Position numbers and translations under genes: made by a program
Assembly (NCBI GenBank): GCA_963668315.1
Contig: OY764216.1
Coordinates: 2,795,407-2,819,406, forward strand
Reading direction: 5' to 3'
Source of the DNA: Spirochaetia bacterium
GTDB taxonomy: Bacteria > Spirochaetota > Spirochaetia > DSM-2461
Length of the DNA stretch: 24,000 bases
The notes under the pieces: model-generated
Told to the model about the DNA's origin: nothing
What the model saw: the letters and a program-made list of their open reading frames with translations, nothing else
Databases searched by the model: none
In this document: one piece after another, positions 18,079-24,000 of the stretch
Numbering within the stretch: the stretch's first letter is position 1
Layout: each line of letters opens with the position of its first letter

Positions 18079-18098
18079 GAGGATCCATTCAGATCCTC
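18079..18098 (+). other. Intercistronic hairpin between the hybrid HK and the HD-GYP regulator
   Basis: GAGGATC (18079-18085) pairs with GATCCTC (18092-18098) around a 6-nt loop. No U-tract follows. The 5' arm contains an AGGAGG with no start codon at SD distance. Confidence 0.3.
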
Positions 18099-18118
18099 AG
18101 GCAAGCAGGAAGGGTTTT

Positions 18119-19231
18119 ATGATTACGTTGGAAGATAAGGATGTTTTGATTGTAGATGATACGGAGAGTAATCTGGACATGCTCATGTATGCCCTGCAGG
18201 ACTCCTATCGAATCAGCGTCGCCCTGGATGCCGAATCGGCCTTTGATATTCTGGAAAATACTGTTCCCGATCTAATCCTCCTCGATGTCGTCATGCCGGG
18301 AATGAGCGGCTTCGATATGTGCCGGTTACTGAAGAATAACCCCCGCTACAGTGATATTCCCATTATCTTCCTGACCGTTATGGATCAGCTCGCCGATAAA
18401 ACGAAGGGGTTCGAGCTGGGAGCTGTTGACTACATAACCAAGCCCTTTGAGATTCCCGAGGTAAAAGCAAGGGTGAGAAGTCAGCTTCTGCTTCACGAAG
18501 CCACGGGGCAGTTAGCCAGGCAGAATGAACTCCTGGAGGAGAAGGTGAGGGAGCGGACCCGTGAACTGGAAGACACGCAGGACATAACCATAAACAGCCT
18601 GGCCTTTCTGGCCGAGATAAGGGATAACGAGACGGGCAGTCATATCAGGAGAACGAGAAACTATATCCAGGCGCTTATTGAGGAACTGACGGGCAAGGGG
18701 CATTTCAGGGAGATTCTGACGGAGCAGAGAAAAGGACTTATGGTCAAATCCGCCACCCTCCACGACATCGGCAAAGTGGGGATTCCCGATCGTATCCTCA
18801 TGAAGCCGGGACAGCTGACAAACGAGGAATTCGATTTTATGAAAAAGCATACCGAATTGGGGAAGGAGGCTCTGGTGAAGTCGAACCGGGGCATGGGAAA
18901 CTGCTGTTTTCTGTCCCATGCTATTAAATTCGCCTATTCCCACCATGAGAAATGGGACGGCTCCGGCTACCCCTGCGGATTTGCCGGTGAGGATATCCCC
19001 CTGGAAGGACGGCTTATGGCCATTGCCGATGTGTATGATGCCCTGATCTCCACCCGGATTTATAAACCGCCCTTTTCCCATTCAAAGGCCTGCGCCATTA
19101 TCAAGGAGAGCTGCGGGACCCATTTCGATCCTCTGATGGTCCAAACCTTTGAAGCGGTTAATAATCAGTTCCGACACATAGCGGAACAGTTCTGCGACAG
19201 TGAGAAGGAGTGGATAGCACTCCAGGAATAA
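18119..19231 (+). CDS. Response regulator with an HD-GYP output domain (c-di-GMP phosphodiesterase, RpfG-like)
   Basis: REC domain: 'VLIVDDTESN...LILLDVVMPGMSG...ITKPF'. A coiled-coil linker follows. HD-GYP domain: 'HIRRT', 'LHDIGKVGIPDRIL', 'HHEKWDGSGYP', 'IADVYDAL'. AGGAAGGG lies 4 nt upstream of the ATG. Confidence 0.9.
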   Translation: MITLEDKDVLIVDDTESNLDMLMYALQDSYRISVALDAESAFDILENTVPDLILLDVVMPGMSGFDMCRLLKNNPRYSDIPIIFLTVMDQLADKTKGFELGAVDYITKPFEIPEVKARVRSQLLLHEATGQLARQNELLEEKVRERTRELEDTQDITINSLAFLAEIRDNETGSHIRRTRNYIQALIEELTGKGHFREILTEQRKGLMVKSATLHDIGKVGIPDRILMKPGQLTNEEFDFMKKHTELGKEALVKSNRGMGNCCFLSHAIKFAYSHHEKWDGSGYPCGFAGEDIPLEGRLMAIADVYDALISTRIYKPPFSHSKACAIIKESCGTHFDPLMVQTFEAVNNQFRHIAEQFCDSEKEWIALQE

Positions 19232-19261
19232 AACCGGAGAGATCCGGCGGGATCCGCTAGA

Positions 19262-19435
19262 TCAGCGGTTAATGATGATTTTGCCCTCTTCGTGAGGAGC
19301 AACCTCGCGGTAAGAGCTGTCATTCAGATATCGGCATACCCCGAGAACAATTCTTCTGGTTTTTTGACTGAGATCCCTGTTGACCAGGACTCTTTTCAGA
19401 TAAAGAAGATCCTTTCGTTTAAATGTTCTTGTCAT
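19262..19435 (-). CDS. Small hypothetical basic protein (57 aa), below the ORF-track cutoff
   Basis: My own minus-strand translation is MTRTFKRKDLLYLKRVLVNRDLSQKTRRIVLGVCRYLNDSSYREVAPHEEGKIIINR. AGGAG lies 6 nt upstream of the ATG (19435), and the stop TGA is at 19264-19262. '...RRIVLGVCRYLNDSSYREVA' loosely resembles a helix-turn-helix. No family assignment is possible. Confidence 0.35.
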   Translation of the reverse strand: MTRTFKRKDLLYLKRVLVNRDLSQKTRRIVLGVCRYLNDSSYREVAPHEEGKIIINR

Positions 19436-19632
19436 TGCTCTCTCCTGGCAAAAATGGGGAATGGAACGGTCATCCTTTTACAAACGAACACGCCCTCTTT
19501 CCTATCTCTTATCTGCTTCCCCCCGGATATGATAAAACAGACCCGGTTTTTCCTCTTACCGGAACATCCCCTTTTTATCATAATATAGGACAATGTCTAG
19601 AGAAAAACTCAGTAAACGTATATAATCTTTTT

Positions 19633-20352
19633 CTATGGGGCGTCCGGAAGGGGAATGTATCTGTATCCCCTTCCGTGGACTGTAATTATATATCGAGGCA
19701 ATCGGGAATTATTTTCCACTTTCCGCCTGAGTTTGGCTATGTGCTGGTCCAGAGTCCTCGTTGTTCCCCCGTATTCCACACCCCAGAGATCTTCCAGCAG
19801 TTTATCCCGGGACAGGGCTTCTCCGGGATGGGATGCGAAATAGAAAAGGAGGGCGACTTCCCTTTCGGTCAGTTCTTCCTCCCTCTCCTCTGCATGGAAG
19901 CGGAGTGTCCGGGGATTGACAGCCCCTCCTGCGAAGGGAAATTCATCCCGGGGCAGCCATCCCGTACTTTCTTCCTTTTCTTCGGTCGGCATGGTTCGCC
20001 GCAGCACGGATTTTATCCGCGCCAGAAGCTCACGAACCCCGAATGGTTTGACGATATAATCGTCGGCTCCCATCTCCAGTCCCACAACCTTGTCTATCTC
20101 CTCCTCCCGGGCTGAGAGGAAGATCACCGGTACACGGCTGTCGCATCGGCGGATTTCCCGGCATACTTCATAGCCGCTCATCCCGGGCATCATAATATCC
20201 AGCAGAGCCAGATCGGCTCCCTTTTCCCTGAAAAGACTCAGGGCGGAACGACCGTCGGGTGCTGCGATCGTCCCATACCCCTCGTCATTCAGAAGGTCTA
20301 TCAGACCTTCCCTTATGGGTTCTTCGTCTTCCGCTATGAGAATGCGTATCAT
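19633..20352 (-). CDS. OmpR/PhoB-family response regulator (REC plus winged-helix DNA-binding domain)
   Basis: 'MIRILIAEDEEPI...LALLDIMMPGMSG...YIVKPF' forms the REC domain. The C-terminus, 'LTEREVALLFYFASHPGEALSRDKLLEDLWG...RTLDQHIAKLRRKVE...ITVHGRGYRY', is the winged helix. ATG 20352 overlaps the HK stop (ATGA). The track's extension to 20439 is an in-frame read-through. Confidence 0.9.
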   Translation of the reverse strand: MIRILIAEDEEPIREGLIDLLNDEGYGTIAAPDGRSALSLFREKGADLALLDIMMPGMSGYEVCREIRRCDSRVPVIFLSAREEEIDKVVGLEMGADDYIVKPFGVRELLARIKSVLRRTMPTEEKEESTGWLPRDEFPFAGGAVNPRTLRFHAEEREEELTEREVALLFYFASHPGEALSRDKLLEDLWGVEYGGTTRTLDQHIAKLRRKVENNSRLPRYIITVHGRGYRYIPLPDAP

Positions 20353-22379
20353 ACAATATCTCCCGATTCCGCAGCTGGGGGAAAGGACAGGGTAAAGCGG
20401 CTGCCGCGCCGGTAGTTTGTTCTGTCCCGGGGGGTGCATGTCAGGCGGCCCCCGTGGTTCTTCATGATATGGGCGGCGATGGCAAGACCCAGTCCGGTCC
20501 CTTTATAGCGGGAGGTGATGGACGTGTCCACCCGGTAGAATTCCCGGAAAATCTTCCTGCGGAATGGACGGGGAATGCCGATGCCCCTGTCCGCAACGGA
20601 GAGGGTGATTTCCCTGTCCGCCCTGTTTGTTTCAATGAGTATCTCTTTCCGGGCTTCCGAATACTTGCGGGCATTGGAAAGGAGGTTCAGTATAACCTGA
20701 ATAACAGCTTCCCTGTCGGCGAAGACGGGAAGGGGGACATCCACGGGACGGAAATCCAGGATGAAGCCGTCCTTTTCATACTCTTCCCGTATCTCTTCCA
20801 CCAGTTCACCGGCCAGGCAATTCAAATCGATGGTCTCACGGTTCAGTTTTTTGGAACCCCTGTCCCATTTGGAGAAATCCAGCACATTACCGATCAGCCG
20901 GGTAAGCCTCTGACTCTCTCTGGCTATATATCCGGCATATTTCCTTACTCTTTCCGGATCGTCTTGCTGTCCCTGGGCAAGCATTTCCGAGTAGAGGCGG
21001 ATGGATGTGAGGGGGGTTTTAAGTTCATGGGTAACATTCGTCACAAAGCCGACCCGCTTCTGCACCTCGTTCATCTGCCTGGAGGAGAGGCGGAATACGG
21101 CGATCATGACCACAGCGAGCATAGCCGACAAGGCGGTTATCAGGAAAGTAAGAAAATGACGCGTCCTGTCAAGTTCCTTCTGGAAGGCTTCCGGATCGTT
21201 AAGTATGATGGCCGTTTCCCAGTAGGGAAGCCAGCGGCTTATCTCTTTGGCGACGAAGGGCCGGCGCCACAGGTCCCGCGTTTTCCCCTCAAAAGGAATA
21301 AGCGGTTCTCCCCCGCTGTCCAGTATATTCAGGTACCGGATTCCATTGGCGGGAGATGCCACCGCCTGAACCAGCCGATCTTTTACTCTCTCCATGGAGA
21401 GTTCGCATCCTACAATGAGATCGCCCTGTCTGGCCCAGAAGAGAAGTATGAAGCTGCTGTCAAAAAGCCGGGGAATGATCCCGTATTCCGATGAACTGAC
21501 GATTTCCTGAAAATACCGGGTCGATTCCATATAAACCGAGCGCACGACGGTCTGTGTCTCTTCCTGCCGGGGATCGGCGTTAAGCTGGGGAAGGACATTT
21601 CTTTCCAGATACTGCTGCCCCTCCTCTTCGGCCATGCGGTAGACCTTCTCCTGGACTGTCGGGTCCGATTCAAAAAGCCCTTCGATTTTTTTCGAACGGA
21701 GGGAGGGGAATTCATCGGCAGAGGAGAGGTTATCGGATAGAAGAGCTTCCGGGGCGATTTGATCGGACGATTCGGAAAGGGGAGCTTCCGGGGCGTATTC
21801 CTCCTCCGAGTCGGACGGGATCGGCATGGAGAAGGATTCCATGGCGCTTTGGGGAGCCATGGCCGGCATATCGGGCTCTTCCTCCGCTTCGGGAAGCGGC
21901 TCTTCACTCAGAATCTCGCTGCCGTACTCTTCGGCTATGCTCTGATATACCGGTATGGTTTCACGTCCGGCGAAGAAATTCAGGTAGCGCCAATAGAAAA
22001 GATTCGCCCCGTCGGAACCGTCAAGTTCGGGATACAGGATATCCCCCGTTTCGTTCAAGGTAAAAACCGTTCCGGCCAGGGGCTGATTCTTTTTCCACTC
22101 TTCCGCCCAGAGGGCAGGGGAGACGGCCGGACTTGTTTCGGGCAGAGAACGGAAAAGCTCTTCCACCAGATCATCAAGGTAAAACTCAATCCGGCCGTTC
22201 GTCTGGTCAATTTCCAGAAGAAGACTGTCTTCCAGGCGGCGTCTCTGTATGATCTCCTCCTGGTTGACCGCCCCGAAGGCGAAATAGGCTAAAATAAAGG
22301 CGGGAATAAGAATCAGAGGAAAGAGGAAGGCTAATACCGTTTGTCCCTGTCGGCCTGTCATTCCCTTCATTTTAGCCAT
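20349..22379 (-). CDS. Sensor histidine kinase with a large periplasmic domain containing an acidic Pro/Glu/Ser-rich insert
   Basis: TM1 is 'VLAFLFPLILIPAFILAYFAF' and TM2 is 'FLTFLITALSAMLAVVMIAVF'. H-box 'VTHELKTPLTSI', N-box 'LNLLSNARKY', G-boxes 'DRGIGI' and '[11 protein letters not shown]'. The start is ambiguous: ATG 22379 sits only 1 nt after AAGGA, while the in-frame ATG at 22370 has better RBS spacing. Confidence 0.88.
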   Translation of the reverse strand: MAKMKGMTGRQGQTVLAFLFPLILIPAFILAYFAFGAVNQEEIIQRRRLEDSLLLEIDQTNGRIEFYLDDLVEELFRSLPETSPAVSPALWAEEWKKNQPLAGTVFTLNETGDILYPELDGSDGANLFYWRYLNFFAGRETIPVYQSIAEEYGSEILSEEPLPEAEEEPDMPAMAPQSAMESFSMPIPSDSEEEYAPEAPLSESSDQIAPEALLSDNLSSADEFPSLRSKKIEGLFESDPTVQEKVYRMAEEEGQQYLERNVLPQLNADPRQEETQTVVRSVYMESTRYFQEIVSSSEYGIIPRLFDSSFILLFWARQGDLIVGCELSMERVKDRLVQAVASPANGIRYLNILDSGGEPLIPFEGKTRDLWRRPFVAKEISRWLPYWETAIILNDPEAFQKELDRTRHFLTFLITALSAMLAVVMIAVFRLSSRQMNEVQKRVGFVTNVTHELKTPLTSIRLYSEMLAQGQQDDPERVRKYAGYIARESQRLTRLIGNVLDFSKWDRGSKKLNRETIDLNCLAGELVEEIREEYEKDGFILDFRPVDVPLPVFADREAVIQVILNLLSNARKYSEARKEILIETNRADREITLSVADRGIGIPRPFRRKIFREFYRVDTSITSRYKGTGLGLAIAAHIMKNHGGRLTCTPRDRTNYRRGSRFTLSFPPAAESGDIV
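21743..21795 (-). repeat. In-frame 39-bp imperfect tandem duplication inside the HK periplasmic insert
   Basis: GAGCTTCCGGGGCG occurs at 21743-21756 and again at 21782-21795, which is 13 codons apart. The copies encode 'APEAPLSESSDQI' and 'APEALLSDNLSSA'. Confidence 0.6.
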
Positions 22380-22388
22380 TTCCTTCTC

Positions 22389-23522
22389 TTATTCAAGGCT
22401 GAAACCTTTTTCTTCCGCCGAATTTCTTATGGCATCAATGATAGCCGAATCCAGGGTGGACTCGTCGTTTTCCTGCAGAAGGGCCTGCTGCTCGATGATA
22501 TAAGCCTCCCTTTCAGTGCTCAATCTGCCTATCTCCTCCTGAAGGGCCGCCCGTTTCCGCTGCATTTCCGTGAGGTAAGCCTCCCTCTCCTCATTATTCA
22601 TATTTCTCATCTCCTCGGGCAATTCCGCCGGCATGACCTGGGACAGGACTTCCTCCGACTCACTGTAGGCGTCCACCAGATCCCAGTCGGCATTGCTGTA
22701 GCTTTCGGAAGATTTCACCTTGGCCCTTTCCAGAAAACTGCCCCTGTCCATCATCATGGCATTGGCATCTTGGGCTTCCTGCCTCTCCTTTTTCTCATAA
22801 CCCGATGACCCATAGCCCAGATAGGTTTCATTCAGAAGCCGGTTCAGCTCCTCAAGTCGGTCATCCTGGGGAGAACGGATATAGCGGGAGACGTAATCGC
22901 TGTTTATATTCATAAATGCTCCTCCGCCCAGAAAAGCTCCCTCTTCCCAGAAGGTGCGCCGTCCTTCTTCGGCATCTCCGCAGAATATGGTATTAACGGT
23001 AATGTCCTTACGTGAGGAAAGGCGCAGCGCCCGGGTAAAATCTACCGGTCCCTGGTTGAAAGGCTCATTCCCCGCGATAAACATGAGACGCAGGGTTTCG
23101 GGGCGGTTATCCCAGTCCAGTTCTCCGGTGGCGGCCGCAATAACATTCCCGCAGTATTCGCTTCCCCCGTTAGTCGTGAGGGAAAACAGAACCTGGGAGA
23201 GATAGTCCAGATCCGAAGTGAAGGGAACAACCTGCCGGATGTAGCCGTCAAGAACGGATAGGCCGTCATTGCCGTATTCGTAGAGTCCTACTTCAAGGCG
23301 TGGCTGTTCTCCCCGTCTCCTTTCACGGGCCGTATGGGAAACGATTTTCCATAGCTGGCTTTTCGCCTGGTTGATTAGGCCGTCCATGCTGTTCGAAGTG
23401 TCCAGAAGGAGGGCCACCTGGATAAGGGGGGTATTCCCGGGGTAACCGTCATAGGGCGATACCTGGGCGCTCAGGGCGGCTGCGGTCAGGGTTATCCATA
23501 AAATAAAGCTGGTCTTTTTCAT
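22389..23522 (-). CDS. Secreted von Willebrand factor type A (vWA) domain protein with a C-terminal coiled coil
   Basis: Signal peptide 'MKKTSFILWITLTAAALSAQ'. MIDAS motif 'LLLDTSNSMDG' (DxSxS), then 'TNGGSEY' and 'FIAGNEPFN'. The C-terminal ~100 aa are heptad-like and Glu-rich ('EEREAYLTEMQRKRAALQEEIGRLSTEREAYIIEQQALLQE'). AGAGAGGTGA lies upstream of the ATG. A 9-nt gap separates it from the HK gene. Confidence 0.8.
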   Translation of the reverse strand: MKKTSFILWITLTAAALSAQVSPYDGYPGNTPLIQVALLLDTSNSMDGLINQAKSQLWKIVSHTARERRRGEQPRLEVGLYEYGNDGLSVLDGYIRQVVPFTSDLDYLSQVLFSLTTNGGSEYCGNVIAAATGELDWDNRPETLRLMFIAGNEPFNQGPVDFTRALRLSSRKDITVNTIFCGDAEEGRRTFWEEGAFLGGGAFMNINSDYVSRYIRSPQDDRLEELNRLLNETYLGYGSSGYEKKERQEAQDANAMMMDRGSFLERAKVKSSESYSNADWDLVDAYSESEEVLSQVMPAELPEEMRNMNNEEREAYLTEMQRKRAALQEEIGRLSTEREAYIIEQQALLQENDESTLDSAIIDAIRNSAEEKGFSLE

Positions 23523-23761
23523 TTTTTCACCTCTCTTTGTGATCTGTTCATAGTGTATTACCCTTCCAGTCCGGGGTTGTCAGAGAGATGTAAAGAGTTG
23601 TAAAAAAAATGTAAAAGTGTGAAAAAAGTGAATAAAAATGTGTTTTATGTGAAGATAGTACTTGATCATGTTTTCCAAAAATGGTATTTATTAGTGTATA
23701 AACAAAAGATGCATTTAAATATGATCTAAAAAAGTCATTTTATGACGAAAAGTATAAAGAC

Positions 23762-23786
23762 AGCTCCCGTGAGGGAGCTTTTTTTT
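23762..23786. terminator. Intrinsic-terminator hairpin (AGCTCCC-GTGA-GGGAGCT plus T7) in the AT-rich island
   Basis: A perfect 7-bp GC-rich stem with a 4-nt loop is followed by 7 T on the + strand and preceded by AAAGA. On the - strand the tract after the stem is weaker (GTCTTTATACTTTT). Which transcript it ends is not clear. Confidence 0.5.
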
Positions 23787-23904
23787 ACATTTATCTATAA
23801 AATGTTCATATAATCTTCAAATTCCCTATGTCTTTTCTTGACAATTATTTGGCCTTCATGATATTTTCCCCACTCATTTATATGTAAAAAACGGGAGAAT
23901 TTGT

Positions 23905-24000
23905 GTGAACTTTTTTGCTCTGGTCCAGATGGTCCCTTTGTTGTTTTCAACAATGGAGAGCCGGGAGATCGAATGGTCTGACGAGCCGGCATACGAAGAA
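23905..24000 (+). CDS. Possible 5' end of a + strand gene running off the window (hypothetical)
   Basis: GGGAG (23893-23897) lies 7 nt upstream of GTG 23905. The frame stays open to nt 24000 ('MNFFALVQMVPLLFSTMESREIEWSDEPAYEE'). G/C-leaning third positions in the last 50 nt resemble the other genes here. A TTGACA at 23838-23843 could be its -35. In-frame ATGs at 23929 and 23953 are alternative starts. It competes with the 23795-23992 minus-strand ORF. Confidence 0.3.
   Translation, partial: MNFFALVQMVPLLFSTMESREIEWSDEPAYEE

Noticed and set aside
19232-19262. Short palindromes right after the HD-GYP stop (CCGGAGAGATCCGG, GCGGGATCCGC).
   Set aside because: The stems are 4-5 bp with no flanking T or A tract. 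They are not convincing as a bidirectional terminator.
19292-20115. Plus-strand ORFs of 98 aa and 230 aa.
   Set aside because: The 230-aa ORF is antisense to the OmpR-type regulator. The 98-aa ORF lies in the intergenic gap with no RBS, and its sequence is dominated by Ser/Leu/Phe from an AT-rich frame. The minus-strand 57-codon ORF with a strong RBS is the better candidate there.
20454-21494. A 346-aa ORF on the plus strand, and a similar one at 21759-22292.
   Set aside because: Both are antisense to the sensor kinase, whose TM, H, N and G boxes are all in the minus frame. The products are Gly/Pro/Arg-rich with no domain signature.
23795-23992. A 65-aa minus-strand ORF, with the frame open to the window edge.
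   Set aside because: The product ('PARQTIRSPGSPLLKTTKGPSGPEQKSSHKF...') is low-complexity with no motif. Third codon positions are A/T-rich, unlike every supported gene here. A + strand frame with GGGAG-N7-GTG covers the same GC-richer end. I kept the + strand reading as a low-confidence feature instead, and neither reading is secure.
1-24000. A search by eye for CRISPR arrays, tRNA/rRNA genes, IS elements, integrases, phage genes, toxin-antitoxin pairs and known defence-system signatures.
   Set aside because: No spaced repeat array was seen. No intergenic stretch is long or structured enough for a tRNA or rRNA. No transposase, integrase or nuclease-like product turned up in any frame I read. 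The window looks like core chromosomal signalling and metabolic genes, not a mobile or defence island.

Overview
This 24-kb window is densely coding and looks chromosomal. I support about 19 protein genes and saw no rRNA, tRNA, CRISPR array, transposase or integrase. Signal-transduction genes dominate.

Gene order, left to right:
- (+) A 5'-truncated giant GAF histidine kinase, whose stop overlaps (ATGA) the start of a TM-PAS x3-GGDEF diguanylate cyclase.
- (-) An amidohydrolase followed by a GH35 beta-galactosidase.
- (+) ldhA-type D-lactate dehydrogenase, a beta-helix lipoprotein, a small ABM-fold protein and a methyl-accepting chemotaxis protein.
- (+) A tightly overlapping rsbR-rsbS-rsbT-rsbX stressosome cassette that runs directly into a hybrid histidine kinase (HisKA-HATPase-REC-REC-HPt), then a REC-HD-GYP response regulator.
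- (-) A secreted vWA protein, a sensor kinase and an OmpR-type regulator, in one operon.
- An AT-rich intergenic island at the right edge.

The most interesting region is 13.1-19.2 kb. It holds a stressosome with no sigma-B, RsbU, RsbV or RsbW arm in the window, apparently wired into a phosphorelay that ends in c-di-GMP hydrolysis. The RsbR sensor is a Cys-cluster PAS domain. RsbS appears to lack its phospho-acceptor. The kinase has an unassigned cytoplasmic N-terminal domain.

All assignments rest on reading motifs in the translations by eye. No database search was run. Gene content is reminiscent of a free-living spirochaete-like organism, but the sequence alone cannot establish that.
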